DNA of 64,000 nucleotides from an uncultured bacterium (GTDB lineage Bacteria; Armatimonadota; UBA5829; DTJY01), in NCBI GenBank assembly GCA_964466715.1, contig CAYXOC010000003.1:11106-75105 (forward strand). Reading direction: 5' to 3'. Shown here in pieces: positions 55,229-63,771 of the stretch (position 1 is the first letter of the stretch; each line of letters starts with the position of its first letter). The notes under the pieces were generated by a model. It did no database searches and was not told the origin of the DNA. It was given only the letters and a program-made list of their open reading frames with translations. The position numbers were made by a program, and so were the translations under genes.

Positions 55229-55246
55229 ATTCTTTCACGACCTCCC

Positions 55247-55275
55247 TTTACAACCTCGCTCACGCGTGATAAACT
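55247..55275 (+). promoter_or_regulatory. candidate promoter of the opposite-strand CphA-N-like gene
   Basis: TTTACA (55247-55252), 17 nt, TAAACT (55270-55275). It implies a ~160-nt leader carrying hairpins CTGACGA/TCGTCAG, CCGCC/GGCGG and GCTGTC/GACAGC. Confidence 0.4.
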
Positions 55276-55443
55276 ATGGACTGACGAGACGGCTTCGTCA
55301 GGCAGGGTAGTTTTTTCTGCTCCCACCCGACCGCCGGAATGGCGGGCACCAACGCTGTCTGCCACGACAGCGAACCTCACAAATCAGATGATCACGGGGT
55401 AGCTCTGTCCTCGTTACCTTTACAGAAGGAGCGCGTGTTCCCA

Positions 55444-55986
55444 GTGAAAGTCGTCGAGATCCTCTTCTACGACAGAAACAGGGTAAAGCTTGTAGTTGAG
55501 ATGTCGGATCCGACAAGGTATTCGACAGAACACGCGCCGCATATCCCGCGCTTGCTCTTCAAACTCTTCCCGCACCTAGCCCGGCACCGCTGCGAGAACG
55601 ACAACGGCTACACGTTCAAGAAAGAGTGCCGCGCCACGGAGATCCCGCACCTGTTCGAGCATCTGATCATCGAGCTTCAGGGCCAGGTCCAGAAGTCGCG
55701 GATACTCAAGGGCGAGACCCAGTGGAACTGGCGGATAGACCCCAGGGGACGCTTCCACGTCTACGTGGACTATGAGAACGAGATGCTCGTACTCGGCGCA
55801 ATCCGCCTGGCGGAGAGAATCATCAACGCTCTCGACGACCGCCGAATCGATCAGATCGACATGGAGAAGGAGTTGGCGAAGCTCAAGGCCCTCGCCGAGA
55901 TGGGGCAGACGAACAGAGTCCCCACGGCCGACGATGTCCCGGCTTCCCAGCGCCTGTCCGCTCCTGCGAGCGCTACTCTCCAGTAG
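55444..55986 (+). CDS. stand-alone protein resembling the N-terminal domain of cyanophycin synthetase (CphA)
   Basis: ORF 55339..55986. I prefer the GTG at 55444 (MKVVEILFYD...) because it aligns with the CphA N-terminus; the GTG at 55435 is an alternative. LFPHLARHRCENDNGYTF...EIPHLFEHLIIELQ parallels CphA LPSLVEHFCSPG...GHIVEHVALELQ (recalled, not searched). Confidence 0.6.
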   Translation: MKVVEILFYDRNRVKLVVEMSDPTRYSTEHAPHIPRLLFKLFPHLARHRCENDNGYTFKKECRATEIPHLFEHLIIELQGQVQKSRILKGETQWNWRIDPRGRFHVYVDYENEMLVLGAIRLAERIINALDDRRIDQIDMEKELAKLKALAEMGQTNRVPTADDVPASQRLSAPASATLQ

Positions 55987-58135
55987 GCGGTAGACTCCTC
56001 TCGCTCACGCTGCCCGGCAGCGCGCCCGGCTTCCTGCGCTTCAGGTTCGGATAGTAGTGCGAGTGGTAGTAGTAGCTGTCCACCATCTCAGGCTGGACGT
56101 CGTTCAGCACCACCCCCAGGATGTTCGCGTTCGCCTTGTTCAGAAGGTTTCTGACCTGCAGTTCCACGCCGCGCGGCACCTGTTGCGCCCTTACGACGAG
56201 CATGACCCCGTCAAGGAGCTGCGACAGCACCACGCTGTCCGTAAACGCGATCGCTGACGGCGTGTCGAAGAGCACGTAGTCGGCGTACTCGCTGAGCGTA
56301 TCGACCAGCATCCTCATGCGCGCCGATCCGAGCAGTTCGGCGGGATTGCTGGGCGCCGGGCCAGCGGGCAGGAGCAGCAGATTGTCGATCTCCGTGCTCA
56401 CCACCACGTCCTGGAAGTCCTTTTCGTTGCACAGGATGCTGCTCAGACCGTACTCGTTTGCCGCCTTGAAGATCCTGTGCAGCGAGGGCCGGCGCATATC
56501 GGCGTCCACCAGGATCACGCGCTTGCCGTCCATCGCAAGCGATATGGCGAGGTTGGCCGCGGTGGTCGTGCCGCCCTGGCCCGGCTTCGCGGTCGCCACC
56601 ATGATCGATTTCGCATCCGTCTGCTCGGTGGTGAGCAGCAGATCGGTCCGCAGGAAGCGGTATGCCTCGGCGATCGGCGACAGCGGATCCGTGTGACTCA
56701 GCCGCGCCAGATCGGACGTGGGACCCTCCAGGTACCTCGGGATCAGCGCGGTGACCGGGAGCGCGAGCAGATGCTCAAGGTCGGTCTTCGACTTGATCCG
56801 GTTGTCGAGCGCATCCATGGTGATCGCCAGTCCAAGGCCGACCACCAGGCTGAGGATGATGCCCATCCCGATGTACGCCAGCCTGTTGCTCCCGATCGGC
56901 CCTTCGGCGCGCTCGGCCGTATCGACGATCCTGATCGCACCGGTGGACGACGTCTCCCGCTCGTTGATCTTCGCCTGGTGGAGTTGGGTCTCCAGATTGT
57001 TGTAAGCGTTCTGGGCGGTCTGGAACTCGTTCTCGAGCCTCAACAGCTCCACATCCAGCCCGGGAGTGATGCTTCCGACCGCGCTGCCGACGGATGTGCT
57101 GAGCTGTGCGACTTTGGCCGCGAGACCGTCACGCTCCGCCTGAAGCGTGGCCTTCTGCTGGAGGAGTTGCTCGTAGACGGGATTCCGCACCTGCGAGACG
57201 GTCATCTTCATCTTCGTCCGCTCCTGCTCCAGCCGGTCGTTGATCTCCTCGACCTGGGCCTTCAGCGCCAACACCCTGGGGTGCTCCTCCATGTATTTCG
57301 AGCGAGCATCGTTGAGAGCCTGAGTCGCCTGCGCCAACTCGCCCTCGATGGCGTGGAGCATGGGGGAATCGGTCGTGCCCTCGGTCACACGTCTCGTGGG
57401 GCCCATGGACCGAAGCTGCCGGTTGACATCCGCGAGTTTGGCGTTGGCCTCCGCCAGAGCGGACCGGGCGGCATCCCTGTCCGAGATGGACTGCCTCAGG
57501 CTTGCCATCGCGGTGGAAGTCATCTCGGGCAGAGACGTGATATTGTGCGCCAGCTTGAACGACCGCAGATCGTTGGATGCGGCCTCCAGGTTATTCCGCG
57601 CGGCTTCGAGCTGCTGCTCAAGAAACTTCCGGCTGTCCACCGCCTCCTGGTGGCTGATCTCCTGGTAGTAGTTGGAGAAGACGTGGGCGATAGCGTTGAC
57701 CGTCTTCACGGCGCGCTGCGGATCGCTGTCCTTCACGGTGACGACGATCATGTCAGTGCCGGAGTCATCGCGGCTGCGGGCGCCGGGATTCGTGGCGGTC
57801 GAGACCACCATCCGGTAGCGCAGACCCTCCGGAGTGTCCGTGATCCCGGCCATTCGGATGGCTCGCTCCGCCACCTGGTTGCTCGCCAGCAAGCTCATCA
57901 GGTTCGGCAACTGGCTGTCTCCGAGTTCCTTCGGAGGACCCGCGACGCCGACGGTGGGATGCTGCAGAACCGGCTTGTACAGCGCGGCGGCGGACGGCAT
58001 CAACTGGACTCTGGCCTGGTAGAAGGGCTCCTCGTTTGCGGTGGCGAGGCATATGGCCACAACGGTGATCAGGACCATGCCGAGGATCATCCACCGACGC
58101 TTGACGGCAATACGGTAGAACTCCCAGAATCTCAC
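55973..58135 (-). CDS. wzc: polysaccharide co-polymerase / tyrosine autokinase (Wzc/GumC-like)
   Basis: GTG start 8 nt after AAGGAG. Wzz-type N-terminal TM helix, long coiled-coil periplasmic region, second TM helix, then a P-loop kinase (KPGQGGTTTAANLA, VILVDADMRRP, DYVLFDTPS) and a Tyr cluster DSYYYHSHYY. Confidence 0.9.
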   Translation of the reverse strand: MRFWEFYRIAVKRRWMILGMVLITVVAICLATANEEPFYQARVQLMPSAAALYKPVLQHPTVGVAGPPKELGDSQLPNLMSLLASNQVAERAIRMAGITDTPEGLRYRMVVSTATNPGARSRDDSGTDMIVVTVKDSDPQRAVKTVNAIAHVFSNYYQEISHQEAVDSRKFLEQQLEAARNNLEAASNDLRSFKLAHNITSLPEMTSTAMASLRQSISDRDAARSALAEANAKLADVNRQLRSMGPTRRVTEGTTDSPMLHAIEGELAQATQALNDARSKYMEEHPRVLALKAQVEEINDRLEQERTKMKMTVSQVRNPVYEQLLQQKATLQAERDGLAAKVAQLSTSVGSAVGSITPGLDVELLRLENEFQTAQNAYNNLETQLHQAKINERETSSTGAIRIVDTAERAEGPIGSNRLAYIGMGIILSLVVGLGLAITMDALDNRIKSKTDLEHLLALPVTALIPRYLEGPTSDLARLSHTDPLSPIAEAYRFLRTDLLLTTEQTDAKSIMVATAKPGQGGTTTAANLAISLAMDGKRVILVDADMRRPSLHRIFKAANEYGLSSILCNEKDFQDVVVSTEIDNLLLLPAGPAPSNPAELLGSARMRMLVDTLSEYADYVLFDTPSAIAFTDSVVLSQLLDGVMLVVRAQQVPRGVELQVRNLLNKANANILGVVLNDVQPEMVDSYYYHSHYYPNLKRRKPGALPGSVSERSLPPTGE

Positions 58136-58154
58136 GGGCTGTGCTCCTTTTGGT

Positions 58155-58203
58155 AGACTGCGGACTGCAGGTTCCGGACCGGATCTGCTGCAGTCCGCAG
58201 TCT
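58155..58203 (-). promoter_or_regulatory. intercistronic 16-bp perfect stem-loop between wza and wzc
   Basis: AGACTGCGGACTGCAG (17-nt loop, itself containing TCCGG/CCGGA) CTGCAGTCCGCAGTCT. It fills most of the 73-nt spacer and ends 5 nt from the wzc AAGGAG. Confidence 0.7.
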
Positions 58204-58208
58204 GAACC

Positions 58209-59351
58209 CTAGTCTCTGTCGGACAGCAGCCAGAGCAGGCTGATGGCGATCGATGCCCACTGCAGGATGTTCGCCTTGTCCTTGCCCTGGGGCACGTAGA
58301 TGCTGTCCCCGCTCTCGACGTAGATGTTCTCGGCCGTGCCGGACATGACGTTCTTCACGTTGACCTGGATCTTCTGCGAGCCCTCGCCGGAGGTGCGCAG
58401 GACGCGCACGTCGTCGAGCTTGGCTCGATCCCTCACACCACCGGCAATGGCGATCGCCTCGGTGATGGTCGTCTTGCCCTTCAGCTCATACCGCCCGGCC
58501 GCGTTCACTCCGCCCTGGATGGTGTAGTACCCGAGCTGCTGCCTGGCGCCGATGTAGATTATGTCGCCGGGCTTGAGCACGACATTCGCCTGCGGATCGC
58601 CCTGCATGGCCAGGGCGTAGTCGATGATGATACTATCCGACGAGCCGTCGTGCCTGAGCGTGCAGTTGTCGATGTCGGAGAGCTCGGTCGGACCTCCGGC
58701 CATCATGATCGCCTCGCGGACGGTGGCGCCCTGGTTGATCTCGTACACGCCCGGCTGACTCACGGCCCCGAGCACCGATATCTTGCCGATGCTGGGGAGC
58801 GCCTTCGACGGCACGATGATGACGTCGCCGTCAGCCAACTCGACGTTCGCGGAGACATCGCCTCCGAGCAGGAACGCGCTGAGGTCTACGATCGAGGCTT
58901 GCGAATCACCCGTATGGGTGATGCTCACCTTCGAGAGGTCGGCATTCGGATTGTAGCCGCCCGCCGCGGTGATCGCTTCGATGAGGCGCGCGCCCTGGAG
59001 GATGGTAACGACGCCCGCGCCCTTCACCTCGCCCGAGACGGATACTCGTATCTTGGCGATGTCGGCCAGTTCCACGGTCAACTGCGGGTTCTTGATGTAC
59101 TGCTTGAGGGCGGTGGTCAGCTTCTCCGCGGCCTGGGCGGTCGTCAGTCCCGCGACCTCGACTTCTTTGACCAGCGGAAGGGTGATGCGGCCCTGAGAGT
59201 CCACGGTGACCTTCCTCGTGAGATCGGCTTCGTCCACGACCGTGATGCTGAGGGTGTCTCCCGCCTTTATGAGATACTCCGCGGCCTGGACGGATGTGAG
59301 CAGGCCGACCACAAGGACCAGTAACGTCAGGAATAATGTAGAGGTACGCAC
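58209..59351 (-). CDS. wza: polysaccharide export protein (Wza-like: Poly_export plus repeated SLBB domains)
   Basis: GTG start after GAGGGGGA. Signal peptide, then YLIKAGDTLSITV...LTVELAD followed by three SLBB-like repeats (ISVLGAVSQPGVYEI, YTIQGGVNAAGRYEL). Confidence 0.85.
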   Translation of the reverse strand: MRTSTLFLTLLVLVVGLLTSVQAAEYLIKAGDTLSITVVDEADLTRKVTVDSQGRITLPLVKEVEVAGLTTAQAAEKLTTALKQYIKNPQLTVELADIAKIRVSVSGEVKGAGVVTILQGARLIEAITAAGGYNPNADLSKVSITHTGDSQASIVDLSAFLLGGDVSANVELADGDVIIVPSKALPSIGKISVLGAVSQPGVYEINQGATVREAIMMAGGPTELSDIDNCTLRHDGSSDSIIIDYALAMQGDPQANVVLKPGDIIYIGARQQLGYYTIQGGVNAAGRYELKGKTTITEAIAIAGGVRDRAKLDDVRVLRTSGEGSQKIQVNVKNVMSGTAENIYVESGDSIYVPQGKDKANILQWASIAISLLWLLSDRD

Positions 59352-59633
59352 GATGCTGGTTCCCCCTCTCGGTGATGCTTCGACCAGGCTGAGTCAGTGG
59401 CTTCGGCTGTGCTCAGCGGCAGAATCCGATGTGCATGTGTACCCCGGACGGATGGGCTGCAAACACCCATCAGCGGCCCGAGTCACATGCTCGCATCCAA
59501 CAATCTGCCAGATACCCGATTGGCCGTACCGGTAAACCAGAACAGGGTGCGTGGGGCAAACGTGCGTATGTCTACGAACCGCCAGGCTCGTGTATGGATG
59601 AATCGAGGCGGCAGGCAGCGTGGGAAAGAGAGA

Positions 59634-59655
59634 CCGAGCCCTGCAAGGGGCTTGG
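59634..59655 (-). terminator. stem-loop directly after the GH2 stop
   Basis: 8-bp stem (CCGAGCCC / GGGCTTGG, including one G-U pair) with a 6-nt loop, followed on the minus strand by CUCUCUUUCCC. A weak terminator candidate. Confidence 0.35.
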
Positions 59656-62600
59656 TTACGGCATGATGGTGACCGCAAACTCGCCACTGACGTGGTCGCC
59701 GGGCTTGAGGACGACCTGACCTATGCGGCACTGATTGAGGATGTGCATCTTGACACCGCCGTCCATCAGGGCGGGACGTACGTGGGCGTCCCTGTTGGCG
59801 TCCACTCGGATTCCCGCGCCCTTCGGCGAGGCGAGCGATGCCTCGTAGATGTTGAACTTGATCGAGCGGAAGTCGGCGGTGCCCATTTCGGTCTCGTCGA
59901 GCGACCAGGGCCATTCCGGCTCTACGTTCCAGACTTCCCTACCCCATCGGGGATCGCGGTGCGCCTTCGCGGAGCCCTCGGTCCGGCTGATGCTCGCCTC
60001 GGGGAAGACGCCCCACTCGGACCAGCGCCGCCACTTGACCTCATCGCACTCGGGCTTCAGCAGGAACTCGATGCCCGCCTCACGAGTGTTCATCTCGCCG
60101 CCGGAGTAGACGTAGTCATACGAGACGCGCCCGACGCCCTTCCGGTCGATCAGCCACGTGACCGAGCCGGCGAAGTCCTGATACCGGTCGCGGACGGTCA
60201 GCTTCAGGCCTTCAGACGTCTCTTCGGCATCGATCCCCTCGATGACACGAGTGGCGGCGTCGGGAAGGTCGGCGTAGGGTTGGGCGTTCGGGCCCGCGAG
60301 ATCGCCGAAGTCGTAGCGGGTGACGTGGACCGCCGGGAACTTGATCAGCGCCGATGTGCCCTCCACCTTGCCGGACGACTTGTCCAGCGCCAGGGAGAAG
60401 CCCTCACCGTCGATGGAGACCACCCTGCCGTCGTCATGCCACTTGGGAGCGCCGGATGGAACTGGGATCGGGTGAGGCTTCTCCTTGCCGAGAGTCGCCT
60501 GGAACGCGCCGACCAGTTCGGTGTTTGGCGCAAACGCGCGGATGGTGATCTTCTCGCCCTCCTGCACGCCCTCGGGGATCGGGATCTCGATCGCGCCGGT
60601 GGAGGCGGGAGGGATGCTAACACTGAGGACGCCGGAACGGACCCCTCCCCGACCCTCCCCGCCACGGGGAGGGAGTGTAGTCGGCCCACCCGTCGGTGTC
60701 CCCCTTTCCGCGGCACGGAGCCCACCCAAGCTGTCCCTCCCCGCAGCAAGAGGCTCACTCAGATACTCCCTCCCTGCGGCGGGGCATCCACCCAGGCTCT
60801 CCCTCCCCGTAGCAGGGAGGGCTGGGGAGGGGTCACCGATCTCCCACTCGAACCGCAGGTCCGAGAGGTCGCTGAACGAATAGCGGTTCTCGACCGGAAT
60901 CCTGACCGATGCCTGGCCGGATGCAAACTCGACGTGCCGCTTCGGGAACCAGACCGGGCTGAAGATCATCTTGGCAAGCCACCACTCCGGCTTCGGACGG
61001 CGCCACCCGTCGAGCAGCCCCCAGAAGCCGTGGACCCAGGCATATCCGCAGTGCTTGCCGCCCTCGAAGTAGAACGGTTCGTCTATCTGCGCCCAGATCG
61101 CGCCGCCGATGACTCGGTCGGAGTTGTAGATCTCCGACCAGACGCCGGGCCGCGCACCGGGCTTCAGGTGCGGCATGTCGTAGCCGGCCGAGCACGCCTT
61201 GGCGAAGTCGGAGGTCGGATCGCTGTGTCCCATGCCCCATAGCTCGCGGAGTCCGGGGTTGATCATCACGTCGGTCTGCTCGTGGCAGACGGGGAAGAAG
61301 TACTCGCCGAGGAAGAGCGGGCGCGGGTCGTCCGGGAACAGCGCGTCGTAGGGCTGCGGCACGTAGTGGAAGTTCGAGATATCGCAGACCTCAGCGTCCT
61401 TCTCGCGGGAGAACGGATGGTTGAACGTCGTGGGCCGCGTGGGATCGAGCTGCTTGACCATGGCGTTCGACTCGGCGAATGCGTCGCTGAAGTGGGACTC
61501 GTTGGCGATCGACCAGACGATCACGCTGGGATGAGTGTGGCAGTAGTCCACCATGGCGGAGGTCGGCGTGAGGATCTCCTTGACGTTGGCGAGTCCATCG
61601 ACGGGCGCGACCCAGCAGAACGGCGCTTCGACCTCGACGTAGACTCCGAGCCGGTCACAGACATCGAGAAGCTCCTGAGTCGGCGGATAGTGGGCGGTTC
61701 GGAGGTAGTTCAGGTTCGCACCTTTGAGGAGCCGAACGTCCTCCAGTGCGTGATGCATCGTATCCGCCCGACCGGTCAGCGGATCGTGCTCGTGGTGGCA
61801 TGCGCCGGCGAGCTTGACCCGGACGCCGTTGATGCAGATCTGCCTATCCCTGATCTCGATCTTGCGGAAGCCGATATTCCGCTCGATGCGCTCCAAGAGC
61901 CTGCCGTCCTGACTCAGTTCGAGGACCAGCTTGTAGAGGTTCGGCTGCTCGGCGTTCCACTTCTTCGGGTCAGGGACGCGGGCGGTCAGGGTGTGTGAGG
62001 TCGCACGCGCTCCCAAGGCCCACTTCGACTGAGACAGATCGACCGGCGCGCCGTCGGCGTCGAGGAGCGACATGCTCAACTCCGTCTCGCCGATGCCGTC
62101 GATGGTCAGATCGACGCGCAGGTCGGCGTCCCGGTAGTCCTTGTCGAGGTCGGTGCTGATGTGCATCCGACTGATCTGCGTCTTCGGCAGGGCGTAGATC
62201 CTGACCGAGCGGTCGATCCCCCCGAGGCTGTGGAATGCGTAGCCCGACGAATATGAGAGCTTCTCGGAGACGGTATCGACCTTCATATCGAGGTCGAGGC
62301 GGTTCGTCTCACCGACCTTCGCCGCGTCTGTGATCTCCCACTCCACCGGCGTGAAGAGGTTCTCGCTGTACCCGAGCAGCTTGCCGTTGAGCTTGTAGTG
62401 CGTGCCGGCGTGGATGGCGTCGAACCGCAGGAGGATGCGGTAGCCCGCCCACTCCTTCGGGATGCTGAACTCATGCGTGACCGTGACCGACTTGTCCTGC
62501 GGGATGTCGTACCCCTGCTGGAGCCACTGACCGGGAACCTTGAAGCCGCCCCACTTGCCGTCGCCGGGATCGATCTTCCAAGTGCCGTCGAGGAGCACCT

Positions 62601-63441
62601 GGTTAGTCTCAAGGTCGCCGGTTCGAACCGGCATCGGGCGGTATCTGATCGGATCGAAGAAGAGATCCTCTGCCTTCACCATCTTGCTGATCTCCTTGCC
62701 GCCGTGAGCGGCCGTTACCTGAAGTTCACCACCACCGAGAGCCTCGACGGCCTTGCGGTCGAAGCTGAAGTCGCCGTTCGAATCGCTCACGGCCATGAGC
62801 CGCTTCCCCGAACGAGAGACACTCACCTCGACGCCGGGGAGGTTCTCGTAGGCCAGGTCGTAGACGCGGCCTGAGAGCTTCGAGTGGAGGCCGGAGATGC
62901 CACCGAGACGCATCGTGACCGGGGGAGGCGCGCTCGCCCAGATCTCAATAATCGAGCAGGTGGCGTTGACCTCGCCGTGGATCTTCAGTTCGAGCTTCAT
63001 CCTACCGTCCTGCGTGACCTCTCTCGGGAGACGCATGATCAGCCGGACGGCCTTCGCCTTCGGAAGCACATACGGCTCGTGGAGCCGGATGCCGTCGGCC
63101 CAGAGGCTCTGGACGCGGTTGTACACGTGATCGCTCGCGTAGGTCACGGCGATGACGTAGTCCAGGTCGGGATCGAGGTCATCATAGACCGTGTTGACCT
63201 GCTTGTAGCTGAAGACCGCCGAGCGGGACTTCAGATCTGCGTCGGTATCGCTGGTCTGGAAGGTCCAGATGTAGCTATCGGTCATATCGACGTGCGGCTG
63301 GCGGCCTTCGACACCGCAGTCGTCGTAGTAGTAGAGATGGTATCCGGCGGGCACGGAGTCGATGACGTGGCTCACGGAGGCGCCTCCCTCGGCAATGGCG
63401 CTCGAAGCGCTGAGAATCAGGAGCATCAACCAATAGATCAT
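59656..63441 (-). CDS. secreted multidomain glycoside hydrolase family 2 (beta-galactosidase-like)
   Basis: 1261 aa. Signal peptide, an N-terminal extension including a carboxypeptidase-regulatory-like module (GRVYD...SDSNGDFSF), and GH2 motifs (RFDAIHAGTHYKLNGKLLG, NYLRTAHYPPTQELLDVCDRLGVYVEVE, VIVWSIANESH). C-terminal beta-sandwich domains are also present. Confidence 0.85.
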   Translation of the reverse strand: MIYWLMLLILSASSAIAEGGASVSHVIDSVPAGYHLYYYDDCGVEGRQPHVDMTDSYIWTFQTSDTDADLKSRSAVFSYKQVNTVYDDLDPDLDYVIAVTYASDHVYNRVQSLWADGIRLHEPYVLPKAKAVRLIMRLPREVTQDGRMKLELKIHGEVNATCSIIEIWASAPPPVTMRLGGISGLHSKLSGRVYDLAYENLPGVEVSVSRSGKRLMAVSDSNGDFSFDRKAVEALGGGELQVTAAHGGKEISKMVKAEDLFFDPIRYRPMPVRTGDLETNQVLLDGTWKIDPGDGKWGGFKVPGQWLQQGYDIPQDKSVTVTHEFSIPKEWAGYRILLRFDAIHAGTHYKLNGKLLGYSENLFTPVEWEITDAAKVGETNRLDLDMKVDTVSEKLSYSSGYAFHSLGGIDRSVRIYALPKTQISRMHISTDLDKDYRDADLRVDLTIDGIGETELSMSLLDADGAPVDLSQSKWALGARATSHTLTARVPDPKKWNAEQPNLYKLVLELSQDGRLLERIERNIGFRKIEIRDRQICINGVRVKLAGACHHEHDPLTGRADTMHHALEDVRLLKGANLNYLRTAHYPPTQELLDVCDRLGVYVEVEAPFCWVAPVDGLANVKEILTPTSAMVDYCHTHPSVIVWSIANESHFSDAFAESNAMVKQLDPTRPTTFNHPFSREKDAEVCDISNFHYVPQPYDALFPDDPRPLFLGEYFFPVCHEQTDVMINPGLRELWGMGHSDPTSDFAKACSAGYDMPHLKPGARPGVWSEIYNSDRVIGGAIWAQIDEPFYFEGGKHCGYAWVHGFWGLLDGWRRPKPEWWLAKMIFSPVWFPKRHVEFASGQASVRIPVENRYSFSDLSDLRFEWEIGDPSPALPATGRESLGGCPAAGREYLSEPLAAGRDSLGGLRAAERGTPTGGPTTLPPRGGEGRGGVRSGVLSVSIPPASTGAIEIPIPEGVQEGEKITIRAFAPNTELVGAFQATLGKEKPHPIPVPSGAPKWHDDGRVVSIDGEGFSLALDKSSGKVEGTSALIKFPAVHVTRYDFGDLAGPNAQPYADLPDAATRVIEGIDAEETSEGLKLTVRDRYQDFAGSVTWLIDRKGVGRVSYDYVYSGGEMNTREAGIEFLLKPECDEVKWRRWSEWGVFPEASISRTEGSAKAHRDPRWGREVWNVEPEWPWSLDETEMGTADFRSIKFNIYEASLASPKGAGIRVDANRDAHVRPALMDGGVKMHILNQCRIGQVVLKPGDHVSGEFAVTIMP
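60637..60834 (-). repeat. in-frame ~33-bp degenerate tandem repeat tract inside the GH2 CDS
   Basis: Units such as CCCACCCAAGCTGTCCCTCCCCGCAGCAAGAGG, one with the hairpin CCCTCC..GGGAGGG. They encode DPSPALPATGRESLGGCPAAGREYLSEPLAAGRDSLGGLRAAERGTPTGGPTTLPPRGGEGRGGVR (66 aa, 198 bp). Confidence 0.85.
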
Positions 63442-63488
63442 CTTGGACTCACCTTATCACGGACGAAGACTGCGGTCAATGGGATATT

Positions 63489-63650
63489 CAGTGCCATCAG
63501 GGCGAACGCATCTCCTGTGTAGGAGGGATTTTGCGATCCCTTAGGATCGCTAATCCCGACGTCGGAGTTGGCGGATGCAGACCGTCCGCAAAACTCCTCC
63601 TACATGGGCAATGATGGGTAGACAAGATGCGTTCGCCCTGCAGTGCCATC
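63489..63650. mobile_element. MITE-like non-autonomous element with terminal inverted repeats and flanking 10-bp direct repeat
   Basis: The direct repeat CAGTGCCATC occurs at 63489-63498 and 63641-63650. It flanks the terminal inverted repeats AGGGCGAACGCATCT (63499-63513) and AGATGCGTTCGCCCT (63625-63639). There is an internal palindrome TGTAGGAGGGATTTTGCG / CGCAAAACTCCTCCTACA. No ORF. Confidence 0.7.
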
Positions 63651-63771
63651 TTCTCGGGCGCATGGTATAATGCACCGACAGCATCTACCGACGACGAATG
63701 CCAAGCACATCATCCGTCGCCGAGGCACATTCGCTACGCGTGTTGTCGGTGACCTTGGGGAGAGAGGATCG

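Noticed and set aside
55276-55434. A known riboswitch in the long leader of the CphA-N-like gene.
   Set aside because: Hairpins are present, but I could not match any riboswitch consensus from memory (TPP, SAM, c-di-GMP, glycine, cobalamin, ykkC, ZTP). A covariance-model scan is needed before any claim.
60637-60834. GH2 gene as a pseudogene disrupted by a repeat insertion.
   Set aside because: The tract is exactly 198 bp, a multiple of 3, and contains no stop codon. GH2 and C-terminal domain motifs continue in the same frame on both sides.
62611-62625. The T-loop-like GGTTCGAACC string as a tRNA signal.
   Set aside because: It lies inside the GH2 coding frame and has no acceptor, D-arm or anticodon-arm complementarity around it.
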